Part shown: positions 37,395 to 50,070 of the stretch, piece by piece
Position numbering within the stretch: position 1 is the stretch's first letter
How the letters are laid out: each line of letters begins with the position of its first letter
NCBI RefSeq assembly: GCF_009834535.1
Contig: NC_045697.1
Span: 100,380,001-100,444,000, forward strand
Direction of reading: 5' to 3'
DNA from: Camelus ferus
Lineage: Eukaryota
DNA length: 64,000 bases
The notes under the pieces: generated by a model
Seen by the model: only the letters and a program-made list of their open reading frames with translations
Databases searched by the model: none
Told to the model about the DNA's origin: nothing
Made by a program: the position numbers and the translations under genes

Positions 37395-38035
37395 TCCTAG
37401 TACTTATTGACCACTTACCACACTCTAGGCAGTGTTCTAAGTGTTTACATGTCTTATTAACTCATTTGATCCTCATAACAGTTACACGAGGGAGATGCTG
37501 TTATTGATCTCTGTATTACTTTCCCACCGCCAGGACAACAGAGTACCACCAGCCAGGTGTCTTAAACAACAGAAATGTATTCCCTCACAGTACGGCAGCA
37601 GCAGTCCAGAGTCAAGCTGTGAGCAGGCTTGGTCCTTCTGAGAGCTATGAAAGAGAACTTGTTCTGGGCCTCCCCAGTGGCGTCTTGGTAGCCTTAGACT
37701 TTCTTTGACTTGTAGGCAGCCTCCTTCCTACGTCACACTGTCTTCCCTCTGTATGTGTGCCCCAATTTCCCACCTTTACAAGCACACTCATCATATTGGA
37801 TTAGAGCCCGCCTTATCTTATCTGATTATCTCCAAAGACCTTATTTCTAAATAAGGTCACATTCACAGGTACTGGAGGTTGGGACTTCAGCCTCTATTTG
37901 GTGGACGTAATTCAATCCATAGCAGTACCCATTTTGAAGATGAGGAAACTGAGGCACAGACAAGACAGCTAAATTGCCCACCACCACAGAGAGAGTAAGC
38001 AGTGTTGGTGGGGTCTGTGCCATATTGAAGCCCAG
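37395..38035 (-). mobile_element. MIR SINE split by an MLT1B-like LTR
   Basis: acttattgaccacttacc ... ctcatttgatcctcataac before the LTR; cccattttgaagatgaggaaactgaggcacaga after it. Confidence 0.85.
37512..37924 (-). mobile_element. MaLR LTR (MLT1B-like)
   Basis: cttaaacaacagaaatgtattccctcacagt ... ttctaaataaggtcacattcacaggtactggaggttgggacttca ... aattcaatccatagca. Confidence 0.88.
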
Positions 38036-39879
38036 ATGCAGAGAGTCTGGATTATATTACAAGAAATAAATATTGAAAGGTTTTACTTCTATTCTGAAGT
38101 GGTGATGGGTGTGTCTAAGGAAGCCTTATAAAATGACTTTAAATTGAGATTTACACTAGCATTATCTAAAGATTATGTCTGTTTGAGGAGACTGATTACC
38201 TGGCCCTGGAGAAGAACATTACAGTTCCTTTCACTGGATAATCTGCTCTTTAAACTGAAACTTTATATAAGATGACATTAAAGAAAATTGTTTTTTTATG
38301 CCTGCTGTTTTTTAGTTGTAATCTACTTTTCATATAGGAAAATGCACATGCCAGGTGTATAATTTGATGCATGTTGGCAAATGTGTCTATGTGTATGTTA
38401 ACTCTGGGGTTGATGGTCTTTCACATTACTTGACATTCTGATCAGCAGTGGAAGTTCTTAATTACAAGGAGTTTTGAACACTTGTCAGATGAGATTATTT
38501 TACAGAAGTGATGGGAGAAAATGGTGCGTAGGCCAGGCCTAATTTTATTTTTGTTTTTTTTTTATCTAAAGGTGTTTTTCTCCTTTTTTTCGTGCGATTT
38601 TAGTTCACTCTCATCAATCATCCTAATCTGCTTACTGCTTTTTATTAGGCTCTGTCCCTTAATTGAATGATAATTCCTTAGGCCCTTGCCTTGGTGAATT
38701 CAATCCATAGCCTGATAAAGGTATTTGAAGGATGATCATGGTTGATTTTTTTTTTTTTCTGCCACTGATATGAAAGCAGCAGGATGTGGAAAGCTAGAGA
38801 GGGGCTTAAAGCAAGATGGAGAAAGGAAGGTCAGACAGTGGCAGCTTGTGTGTGGACCAGTGTGGCCGCAGCTGGTGTTGGCCAGTCCTCGCCTGGAACT
38901 GTTCTCTTTTCTCATGTCACAACTTTGGCGGAGGGAAAGACACATGCTGCTGATCTTGAAGCACTTTCCTGAGCTCTGAGGACAGCTTGACACTCAAAGT
39001 GGCCCCTAAGGGATGTGGTATCAGTGCCGGACATTGAGGTGGGGAGTGAATTCACTCACTTCAATTTTCTGTGTCCTTCTCTCTGTTCCTTCAATAATAA
39101 TAGAGCTCCAGACATCAACAGTTTAGAGAAACATTTGCGATCACGTGGAAAACCTCTGGAAAGACTATAGAATGAGTTGTTCCTTAAGGTTGCTTCTAAC
39201 ACTGTGATTCTACAATTTGTATTTCAAACAAGGAAGCTGAGGCTCCAAGAAGTAAGTGACTTGAGAAATAACATGCCTGATGAATCTCAAAATTCTAATG
39301 TAGGGAACAACTTTCCAGTTGATAGTTTGATGGTGTAACTAGAAATCTGGGGACAAGAAGAGAAACAGTTTTTAATTAAAAGTTCAGATTTGTTCTGGAT
39401 ACCAAGCCAAAAACTGTGGTATCTGAGTTGTCACACGTGCTCGGTCAATCATAGAGAGCCGTGGGATTTGCAGCATTTTGTCCTGTAGACTAGACTGTAC
39501 TTGGACAGACTAGTTCCCCTCCCCTTTTCTGTTTCCTTGTTCAGAGCTCAGCCAGCAGCATGGAGCTCTGAAATGACGCATGCCCCATCAGCGTGCAGAC
39601 AGTTCCCCTCTCTGTCTTTGCTCCCTGGTCAGAATTTACATTTACCGAAAGTTAAAAAAAACAACAACCATAATGAACCTGGTCAGTAGTCCTAGAACAT
39701 AGTGGCAGAAATCAAAAGGAAGGGACAAAGGGCATGGAATAAAATTGTGCTACGTTCCTAATATTTCACAGTGAGAGACAATTTTGTTGCCAAAATCATC
39801 TTATAAACTATCTTTAGTGGTGAAAATTAGTGAAATCCTGTGGAAGGGCAATTTGGCAATATACACAATTTTTTAAATT

Positions 39880-40281
39880 TGTATGGAAATTGATTGCAAA
39901 GATGATCCTAGGTTTTCATACCTTTGCTAATGATCTCCCATACATGCTTTGGACTCAGCCATGTGGCTTGCTTGGCCAATGGGATAGTAGCAAACTTGAC
40001 ACAAGACTTGAAGACATGCTTGTATGTTTCCACTTCCTCCCATTGACCAGGCTAGGCTTCTAGGAGAAATGCTGAGGTTATCTAGACCAGCCAATAGCTA
40101 GTCAATGAGCAGACGTGTGGGAGAACCCCACCAAGATCCACAGAACTGCCTAGCCGAACCACAGCTGACTGCAGATATATGACTCAATCTAGCCGAGAAG
40201 AAGCACTAAACCAATATGCCATCTTATGAATGATAATAAATGATGGTCGTCAACTGCTATAAAAAGATAGTTAACTGTTAC
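39880..40281 (+). mobile_element. MaLR LTR (MLT1H-like) inserted in an old L1ME fragment (about 39790-40790)
   Basis: gccatgtggcttgcttggccaatgggatagtagcaaac ... cagaactgcctagccgaaccacagctgactgcaga ... aataaatg ... taactgttaca. Confidence 0.75.
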
Positions 40282-40899
40282 ATGGAAGAGCCTTTGAAAG
40301 CAATTTTTCCTTTAGGAATTTATATGAAAGACACATACCTTCTCCAAGAAGAACTGTAACAATTCTTTTCTTATTGCAAGCAATGCTCTAGGAATATTTA
40401 TTGTAGCATGTCTGTTCACAAGAATATTGTAGAATTGCCCACAGTATGAAAGTGATTAGAAACTATATACATAAAATGTCATCAATTGTCAGGGGAGTAA
40501 AGATCTTTTAGGCTGAAAAGTAAGTATGTGACAATTAAAAAGCATGGCTTAGATTTATATATTTTATAATACCACGACATGTATTGCTCAGTGAGAAAAT
40601 GAGTTGCAAAATAATATTTAGACCTTCATGTTTTATAAATATACTTATTTATATATGTAGGAAAAAATGCCTGCAAGTGTACCCAAATCAATGAGTTATT
40701 ATGCCAAGGAGCCATGAAGAGGGTAATAATGAGTGACTTTCATATTTTCTTTTATATACTTGCATGTGTCTTAAATTTATCATTATATGCAGTGCTTTTG
40801 TCCTTTAAAAAATAAGAAAGACTTCTTAAACATAAGGAAGGAGTTTTCTATGGAGCCATAAATTACTCAGTATATATTCAATGTGTGTGAGTCACCAGG

Positions 40900-41140
40900 T
40901 ATTAGATTCATTGACATTCTTGTATTTGCATACAACTTGCTACTCTGTGAGTGCTTGCCCCAATGTGAACTCATTTCTCTGACTTTGCTAGGGCTGAGGA
41001 ATCACTATCACAATCTCTATAAAACTGGGTTTATTAAGTGCATCCATATTGTTTATAAGTCATAGAAAACATGTTCATTTTCCTATTCGTGTTAAAAACC
41101 GCTTGGGGGATTGATAAAGCATTGCTTAGAAAATGCTCTG
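40900..41140 (+). mobile_element. MIR fragments
   Basis: caatctctataaaactgggtttatta ... gggattgataaagcattgcttagaaaatgct. Diverged. Confidence 0.45.
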
Positions 41141-41954
41141 GAATTCAGATGAAGATGTGTTAGGATAAATCACTACTAGTTATCATATACTACACATACT
41201 TAGAAGATAAAGATCAGAAACTGATTAAGTGTACTCTCTCTTCTTTGATCTTTCTGTAGCAGCACCTGGCCCCAAACTCCTCTAAGAGCTTGGCAGGGAA
41301 GCTAAGAGGAGAGTTGCTCATCCTCTTCTGATGTGATCTTGTGATACAGCAGGGTCTGGCTGAGTCTATTAGCAGCAGTGCTTACAGAGGGACTAAGAGG
41401 AGCTAGGAGGTGCAGACCTTTGTGCGAGGTGCTGCAGCAAAGAAGAAAAGACCTGGGCCATATGTCCTTGACCTCAGGGAAGGGCTGTTGGCAGTTATGC
41501 TGCCTCTGTTATCCTGCTCTCCTTGCCATATCTTTCATGAGACTTCCACTTACTACCGTCTTTTCTAGTGTATAGCTTAAAAAACACTTACATTCACATT
41601 TTTTTTTAATAACTTTAATGAAAGCAATTTGAGTAGTTCCTTTTGCCTTAACCATAATTAAAACAGAATTAGTGTGTACTGTTAGTCTTTTCATAAAGCA
41701 GCTTTCACATTCTTAAGCATGTAATTTTGAACTGTATCTTAGTTGGATGAAATTTTATTAGATAGGTTTGCAAAACATAGTCATGGGTGATATATTTTCC
41801 GAGATCATTCACATCTAACAATCCCTTTTTGTTACTATGATACATAAATAAGCTGAGGATAGATTATTGGGTCACATATTTCCCCTTATTTATTTACTGT
41901 TTTCTCTAATTGGATACTCCTGTAGAGAGCCTTGAGACAGATGATACGTTTTCC

Positions 41955-42530
41955 TCCTTCATTCATTTAGCTCATGTTCACTGAACTTCCACCATGCGAC
42001 AGGCACTATTCTAGGTACTGAGAATGTAGAAATTAAAAACATACACACAAGTATCTGTTTTCTTGCAGCTTAAATCCTAGTGAAAGGACAGACAATAAAC
42101 AGAATGAATACATAAGTCCCCTACATCATATAGATAAATAAATAAATATAAGTAAAATGAGAAAAGGCAGGGTATGGAGTGCCAGAGTGAGGGTTATCTT
42201 TAAGTGGGGTTAGTCAGGAAAAGAGCCTATGAGAAAGTGAGTGAACAAGAGTTGCAGGTATTTGGGTCAAGAACAGGGTAGGTGAATAGCACAGTAAGTG
42301 CAAAGGTCCTGAGGTGAGCATGTTTGGCATATTTGGGGGATAGCAAAGAGGCCTGTTTAACTGGAGCAGAGGAAGTGAGATCAGAACACTAACTGAGGTT
42401 AAGATCAAGTTAGGTCAGATCATTTGAAGAATTTGATTTATATCAGATTAAGATATAAAAACACTAGGTAGATTGAATCAAAGTGACAAGGTCCGACTTA
42501 ATGATTTAACAAAAATATTCAGGCTGCTTT
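41955..42530 (-). mobile_element. LINE-2 3' region
   Basis: ttcattcatttagctcatgttcactgaac ... caggcactattctaggtactgagaat ... gtaagtgcaaaggtcctgaggtgagcatg. Confidence 0.85.
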
Positions 42531-43365
42531 TAGGTGACTTTTTATTTGTTTGTTGTTTGTTTTCTTTTCCCTCATGAATATTCAGAGAAAACTTTTAAAT
42601 TTTAAAATAAAAGCTTTCTCGGGATATACATATTAGTTATGTGGCTTTATATTAATATTTCTTATAACATATTGCATCCTTTTGACTCACAAATATCTTC
42701 AGATGGGGAAAGTTTTGTACTGTCATATCTTTTAAGATCTTTCTACTTCAGTTACTCTATTTCGTGTTTAAGGGTCACTGTTTAGCTGTTTATTGAATTT
42801 CCAGTGCTTGCTTGCCTTCCTGCTTGCGTTTTTGTTTTAATTACTTTCCCATCACTGCTTTCTCTGTATTGGGTGATTTCCCCAAAACTGTCACCTACAT
42901 TGCACAGTTATTTTTAATTTTTGGAGGAATAGTGTTATATGAGTCTATGCTTCTCTGGCATCTTTCTGCAGAAGTTGCTTGTATGTGTTTAACTTCTTTG
43001 AAAAGTTCTCATAAAATTTGCTTTTGTGGCTAGTTTAAACCTCATCACTATTCCAGTCTTCATGATGGCTACTCTAACCACATGACACCTATCGCATGCA
43101 TCAGAGGAAGTGGAATTGTGTGTAATCAATGTTAAGGTTTCTCAGGAGATAGGATTCTCCAGGCAGCATGTATGATTTCTCTTAAATTTATTCTTTCATC
43201 TTTGACCCCAAAATATATTGAAAAGTAATTTGATAGAGGATTCAGTTTCTCTTTCTGAATTCTTTCAATTTCAGAACTCTATTTTTTTTAAGCTGTAGTG
43301 AAAAAACCAGGAACCTGGCTGGGGGTGTCTAGCAAATATTGTCATGAGATGTACTTATTCATTTC

Positions 43366-43700
43366 TTTTTTTTTTAAATTGAAGTATAGTTGATTTACAG
43401 TGTTGTGTTAGTTTCTGGTGTACAGTATAGTGATTCACTTATACATATGTATATTCCTTTTCATATTCTTTTTCATTATAGGCCGTTACAAGGTATTGAA
43501 TATAATTCCCTGTGCTATACAGTAGGACTTCGCTATTTATCTATTTTATATATAGTAGTGTGTATCTACAAATCCTGAAGTCCCAATTTATCCCTCCACC
43601 CACCTCCTTTCCTCCCTGGTAACCATAAGTTTGTTTTCTATATCTGTGAGTCTGTCTCTGTTTTGTAAATAAGTTTTTGTCCTTTTTTTCCCTTTCTTTT
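43366..43700 (-). mobile_element. Young LINE-1 3' end (cetartiodactyl/camelid type)
   Basis: Poly-T, aattgaagtatagttgatttaca ... ttccctgtgctatacagtagg ... ggtaaccataagtttgttttctat. It sits at the edge of the MLT1C LTR. Confidence 0.93.
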
Positions 43701-43704
43701 TTTC

Positions 43705-44138
43705 TAATTTGTTTCTTAGGGCTGGTGTAACACATTGCCACCAACCAAGTAGCTTGAAACAACAGAAATTTATTCTCACAATTCTGGAGATGAGAAGTTC
43801 AAAATCAAGTTGTCAGGGAGGCCATGCTGTCTCTGAAGACTCTAGGGAAGAATCTGGCCTTGCCTCTTCTTAGCTTCTGATGGTTGTTGGCAATCGTGAC
43901 TCTCCTTGGCTTGCAGCTACATCACTCAATCCCTGTCTTAACATGGTCTTCTCTGTGTGTCTGTGTCTCTGTGTGTCCTCTCCTCTTGTAAGTTCCTTAT
44001 TAGTCAACCCTAACCCAGTATAACCTCATCTTTACTTAACTAATTGCATCTGCAAAAACCCTGTTTCCAAATAAGGTCACATTCTGAGGTTCTGGGTAGA
44101 CATGAGTTTAGGAGGGGACATTATCTGACTTAGTATGG
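43705..44138 (-). mobile_element. MaLR LTR (MLT1C-like)
   Basis: tttcttagggctggtgtaacacattgccacc ... aacaacagaaatttattctcacaattctggag ... tttccaaataaggtcacattctgaggttctggg. Confidence 0.92.
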
Positions 44139-44358
44139 TAGGGACTGCAGCAGTTAGTGAACACTTCAGGAGTAAGAAGTTTAAAAGTTTTGGTATTTTT
44201 AAATGAAGGAAGATTGAAAACCATGGCTTGTCCTCTCTATATAACTAACTACTCAGTGTAACTCCAAGGCTTGATTCTGGGGCTTCTCCAAATCTGGGCT
44301 ATAATTGGGGATCAAGAATGGAAGGATCAAGAGAGATACTATAAAATAAAGGACTTCA

Positions 44359-44787
44359 CAGATGGACCTAGAGATGATCATACTAAGTGAAGTAAGTCAG
44401 ACAGAGAAAGACAAATACCATATGATATCACTTATATGTGGAACCTAAACAAAATGATACAAATGAACTTATTTACAAAACTGACAGAGACTCACAGACA
44501 TAGAAAACAAACTTATGGTTACCAGGGAGGAAGTAGGGTGGGGAGGGATAAATTGGGAGTTTGGGATTGGCAGATACAAACTACTATGTACGGAAGAGGT
44601 AAACAACAAGGCCCTACTGTATAGCACAGGGTACTATAGCCAATGGTTTGTAGTAACCTGTAATGAAAAAGAATATGAAAAAGAATACATGTATGTATAT
44701 ATATATATAAAACTGAATCACAGTGCTGTACACCAGAAACTTAATACAACATTGCAAATTAACTATACTTCAAAAAATTTTTTAAAA
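44359..44787 (+). mobile_element. Young LINE-1 3' end (last ORF2 codons plus 3' UTR)
   Basis: gatggacctagagatgatcatactaagtgaagtaagtcagacagagaaagacaaatacc (MDLEMIILSEVSQTEKDKY), then the 3' UTR and an A-rich tail. Confidence 0.94.
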
Positions 44788-47497
44788 AGTTCATTGTTGT
44801 CTTATCTTAAGGGGATAAAAAGGGCTTTCAGTTTCACAATGAGCCTGTTTGTTTCTTAAAGTAAAAGTGAAAGGTTAGATCCTGACACAGGAGAGGACTA
44901 CAGTGTGGGAGCTGCTCTGTAGCAAATACACACAGAAGCTGAGATGGTTGAACAGTGGTTTGAATAATGCCTTTCCAAGTACCTCTGGCTCAAGCAACTT
45001 CTCTCCACTCACAGCCCCAGGTCAAGAACAGGATCTGTCTTTCTTCTGGGAGAGAAAGCCTGTCTTCACCCCTTCTGTGGACCTGACTTGGGAGGAGGTA
45101 GGGTAATGAAGTGGGAGAGACCACAGTGGTGGGGAGAGTGGGGACACCAGCCTTTGCCATTTTATCTCCTAAAAGGAGACATTCACGCCTGGCACCTTTG
45201 CCACTGTCCTGCCACCCTGATCTCCCCAAATCGCCTGTGCCCATGGAGAAAAGGAGCTTGAATCCTACATCTCCTTGCTTAAGCTTAGAGTTCTTTTCAA
45301 AGCTCCAGAACTGCCGAGAAAACCTCTATCTTGTCGGGGATAAAGTATTAACTCAGTTGTCTCATTTACATAAATAAGTTGATTAGGTTTGAAAAATAAA
45401 GTGTATTGTTGGCTAGTTAAGAGAAAGAACTTCTTAGTCACTGAATTTCAGAAGTCTCCTGATGAAGAAGTAACAATGTCGGCAGGAAAAACTACATTCT
45501 CTATTTCAATTACCTTTTATTATATGCCTGAGACTTGGCCCTAAAGATACAATATAAACCTAATAAAGCCCAGGGTGATGTTCAGGGACCAAATGGGTTA
45601 TTTCAGCAACTTGAGGCAGAGAAACCTGTTTCCTAACCAAGTTTCAGGTGGTGGGATTCCCTCCTTGTTTGCACTTTATAAGTAGAAAGGAAAGTGAAAG
45701 TCCAACCAAACACTCTCAGTTTCCAAGGAAACAGCATATTCTATTGAAAGAAGGGGGAACATGTGGACTCTCCAGTCTCGTTGACTGACTACAAGTCAAT
45801 ATCAATGAGCCTGAATAAATGGTTTGTCAAACCTCAGGGCCCTGCTGTCCTTGTCTGGATGGGAACTGTACACTGGAAAACAAATCCAGTGTTAACCAAT
45901 GATTTCTTCAAGGGTGTGGCCTTGCCACTACCTCTTTTTAAGTAATTGGGTGGTTTTACTCTCAGTATGTCTTCTGATCCCTGCTGCTTAAATGAACAGC
46001 TACAGAGTATAGAACATGTAAGGGTATAGAGTCAATTCAGACTAGTGCAATTCAAAAGATACACACTTTGAGTCTTATTCTTCTGGATCCTGAGCAGCTA
46101 AGAGTTTAGAGGCAGGCTTGAAACTGTGGCTCCCTGTAGATGAGCCTTTCCTAATTAATTGGCTTCATGCAGGCTCCAAAGACAGCTCTGCTTGCTACTT
46201 TTATGTGATAAGATGACATCCCTTGGCTGTGTGAACATTAGGAGTAAGCAAGAAGAGCTCCAACTCAGCCTTGAGAATCAGATATACTGAGCATCAGGAA
46301 CAGATCTTGAGTTGAGCATGGATTTCCTTCAAAATCACACTATTTCCTCTTCCAGTATGATATAGTGTGAAGCTTCCACGGAGGGAAAGATGATCACACC
46401 CTGACTATATGTTCCTCAAGCTTTGATTTAGTAACAGATTATCATGCCAGTGTTGTTAGAGGACTTTGCAAGCTTTTAAAACATTGAGCTCCTTGTTCTA
46501 ATCATGAAAGAAAAAAAAAAAAACAGACTTCAGGAAGCATTAGGAAAGCTTTCTTTAATGTTCATCTATCTGGTCTCTGGAATAGTGCTGAGTACATGTT
46601 AAACACTCGATAAAAAGTTATTCAACGATTAATTGGCTCTCAGACTATGGCACTGTAGAAAGTTATTAGGAATGAATGGTCATTGAGAAAGGAGATAAAA
46701 ATTTAAAAAGAAGAGTGAAAAGAATTTAAATAAAAATGAGGTGTTTGCTTTAGATGAGCTACTGTGGAAATTCTTGAACATTCCTTAAAAAACACTGATA
46801 TTTTCCAATGCCCAGGATTCCTAATCGGTCTTGTGGATATGAGCGGCTGGAGCATGTCGCCCTATTGTTCACCAGGACTGACTTGGTTGATTTCGCTCAA
46901 TCATCCATTTTATTCCTCATGGATCTAAATACCCTCTGGAAAATGAACTCACAGATGAAAAATGTGTTCTTGTCACACAGACAGAGAAGAACATTCCTGG
47001 TTCCAGAGTCCCTGTCTCTTTGGATCATTTAGTGATTCTCTCTCTTAAGACGCTAAGGGTGTAAGAAGGGAGAAAGTAGGAGTGTTGGGTTTGTCCAGGT
47101 CTTCATCAACCGGTTTCACTCCTTCTCCCTTATATTGTCTTCTTCCCCACCGTCTTTGCTGCTTTTCTAAAATTATCAGTTTATTGAATGACCCAGAGAC
47201 CGTATCAGTATTGCCTAGTCCTTATCGAATGCCTCAAACAAATGTTTGGCTACCAATCTATAATGATATTAAATTATAATCCAAAGCAAACCTAGAGTCT
47301 CTTGGTTTATATGCCACTGTTGACAGGATTGTGAACATATAAATTCCAGACAGATGTGTGGCCCTGCTTAGATAGATGGAGAACAAAACATCTGCTTGGA
47401 TGTGGAAAGGAAAACCTTTGTGCTACTGAATTCAATGGGAAAATCTTGGTGACTGCAGTGCTGTTTGATTTTTTTTGATTTGGTTGGTTTTAAAAAT

Positions 47498-47604
47498 TTA
47501 TTTTTTTATTTTATTTTTTCTCCTTAATGGAGGCACTGGAGACTGAACCCAGGACCTTGTGCACACTAAGCATGTACTCTACCACTGAGCTGTAACCCCA
47601 ACCC
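47498..47604 (-). mobile_element. tRNA-Ala-derived SINE (camelid Vic-1 type)
   Basis: Reverse complement reads gggttggggttacagctcagtggtagagtacatgcttagtgtgcacaaggtcctgggttcagtctccagtgcctccatt, followed by an A-rich tail. Confidence 0.9.
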
Positions 47605-47606
47605 TG

Positions 47607-49380
47607 TTTTTTTTTTTTTTCAATTGAGGTATAGTCAGTTTACAATGTTATGTCAATTTCTGATGTACAGCATAATGCTTCAGTCATACATGAACATACA
47701 TATATTTATTTTCATATTCTTTTTCATTATAGGTTAGTATAAGATATTGAATATAGTTCCCTATGCTATACAGTGTAAACTTGTTGTTTATTTTATATAC
47801 TGTAGTTAGTATCTGTAAATCTCAAACTCCCAATTTATCCCTTCCTACCCCCTTTTCCCACTGGTAACCATAAATTTGTTTTCTATGTCTATAAGTCTGT
47901 TTCTGTTTTGTAAATAAGTTCGTTTGCCTTTTTAAAAAGATTCCACATATAAGTGATACCATATGGTATTTTTCTTTCTTTTTCTGGATTACTTCACTTA
48001 GAATGACAATCTCCAGGTCCATTCATGTTGCTGCAGATGGCATTATTTTATTCTTTTTTATGGCTGAGTAGTATTCCATTGTATAAATATACCACAGCTT
48101 CTTTATCCAATCATCTGTGGATAGACATTTAGGTTGTTTCCATGTCTTAGCAATTGTAAATAGTGCTTCTGTGAACATTGGGGTTTATGTATCTTTTCAA
48201 ATTAAAGTTCCCTCTGAATATATGCCCAGGAATGGGATTGCTGGATCATATGGTAAGTCTATTTTTAGTCTTTTGAGGAATCTCCATACTGTTTTCCATA
48301 ATGGCTACACCAAACTAAATTCCCATGAACAGTGTAGGAGGGTTCCCTTTTCTCTACACCCTCTCCAGCATTTATGGTTTGTGGTCTTTTTAATGATGGC
48401 CTTTCTGACTGGTGTGAGGTGATACCTCATTGCAGTTTTGATTTGCATTTCTCTCAAAATTAGCAATATTGAGCATTTTTTCATGTGCCTAATGGCCATT
48501 TGTATGTCTTCTTTGGAGGATTGCTTGTTTAGATCTTCTGTCCATTTTTGGATTGGGTTTTTTTTTTATTAAGTTTTATGAACTGTTTATATATTCTGGA
48601 GATTAAGCCCTTGTCAGTCTCATCTTTTGCAAATATTTTCTCCCATCCCATAAGTTGTCTTTTTGTTTCGCTTATGGTTTCCTTTGTTGTGCAAAAGCTT
48701 ATAAGTTTAATTAGGTCCCATTTGTTAATTTTTGCTTTTATTTCTATTGCCTGGGTAGACTGCCCTGGGAAAACATTGCTAAGATTTATGTCAGAGAATG
48801 TTTAGCCTATGTTTTCTTCTAAGAGGTTTATAGTGTCTTGTCTTATGTTTAAGCCATTTTGAGTTTATTTTTGTGTATGGTGTGAGTGAGTATTCTAACT
48901 TAATTGATTTACATACAGCTGTCCAGTTTTCCCAAAAGTATTTGCTGAAGAGACTGTCTTTTCTCCATTGTATATTCTTGCCTCCTTTGTCAGAGATTAA
49001 TTGACCAAAAGTCTGTGGATTTATTTCTGGACTCTCTTTTCTGTTCCATTGATCCATATGTCAGCTCTTGGACCAGTACCATGCTGTTTTGATTGAGTAG
49101 CATTGTAGTATTGTCTGAAGTCTGAGAGTGTTATTCCTCCAGCTTCATTCTTTCTCTTCAGTATTGCTTTGGCAATTCTGGATCTTTTGTGATTCCATGT
49201 AAAATTTAAGATTTTTCTGTGAAAAATGTCCTTGGTGATTTGATAGGGATTACAGTAAATCTGTAGATTGCTTTGGGTACTATGTCCATTTAACAATATT
49301 AGTTCTTCCAATCTAAGAACATGGAATATCTTTCCACTTCTTTAAGTCATCTTTAATTTCCTTAGTCAACATTTTATAGT
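47607..49380 (-). mobile_element. 5'-truncated LINE-1 (about 1.8 kb): frameshifted ORF2 C-terminal part plus 3' UTR
   Basis: Minus-strand ORF fragments [13 protein letters not shown]..., [17 protein letters not shown]...[15 protein letters not shown] (Cys-rich domain) and MDLEIVILSEV are typical L1 ORF2. Poly-A at about 47607-47620. Confidence 0.97.
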
Positions 49381-49609
49381 TTGTTTTTAGTCTCACTTTC
49401 TGAAATTTCAAAATGTGTTAACATTTTAGCTAATGTAGTGTAAAATACGTTAAGATAACATTGTCTAAAATCTAAAAAGGGATGGAGGAGCCATGGGATT
49501 AGATGAGTGGCTGGTATGTGAGTGAGAGAACTATGCTGATGGCCTGACACTGGAAAGGCAAAGAGAACCCACACCTGGGTAGCGCTTTCTTATCCCAGGA
49601 CCCATTCAG

Positions 49610-49890
49610 GCACTTTGACTAGAATAGAGCATTTAATACTTAGAACCACTCTGTTAAGTTTTAAGTTAACATTATTATGAGGTTAAACCAAATGAAATTG
49701 CCATTTTTGCAGGTAAAAAAATGATTATATATTGACAGTTTCCAGTGGTTCAACCTAATGTTTTCTTTTTATGGAGGAAAAAAGCTGATGTGTAGAGACA
49801 GTAAGTAATTTTCCCAAATCATACAGTTTCAAACCCAGATTTTATTAATCTCAAATCCATTCTTATTCTACCATACTGGGCTGCCTTCCA
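49610..49890 (-). mobile_element. MIR SINE interrupted by MADE2
   Basis: ttttatggaggaaaaaagctgatgtgtagagacagtaagtaattttcccaaatcatacag ... ttcaaacccag. Confidence 0.7.
49678..49758. mobile_element. MADE2 (mariner-derived MITE, about 80 bp palindrome)
   Basis: tgaggttaaaccaaatgaaattgcc ... gacagtttccagtggttcaacctaa, preceded by TA. Confidence 0.85.
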
Positions 49891-49919
49891 AAGAAGCTGT
49901 GTTGTTGCTTCTCTGTTGA

Positions 49920-50070
49920 TGGTGAGGAAATCATTTAAAATGTCTCCTTCATGGTTTCCATACCCCTAATAATCTGTTAATACCACCCATCTACTTGATA
50001 GGGTTGTAATTAGGACCAGATGAACGTCTATGTAAGACTATTTGGGGAATATGTCCTGGAAACTTATTAT
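49920..50070 (+). mobile_element. MIR fragment
   Basis: taataccacccatctacttgatagggttgtaattaggaccagatga ... tatgtaa. Confidence 0.6.

Noticed and set aside
47607..49380. Active L1 or domesticated reverse-transcriptase gene
   Set aside because: 5'-truncated, missing the endonuclease and reverse-transcriptase core, and broken by several frameshifts.
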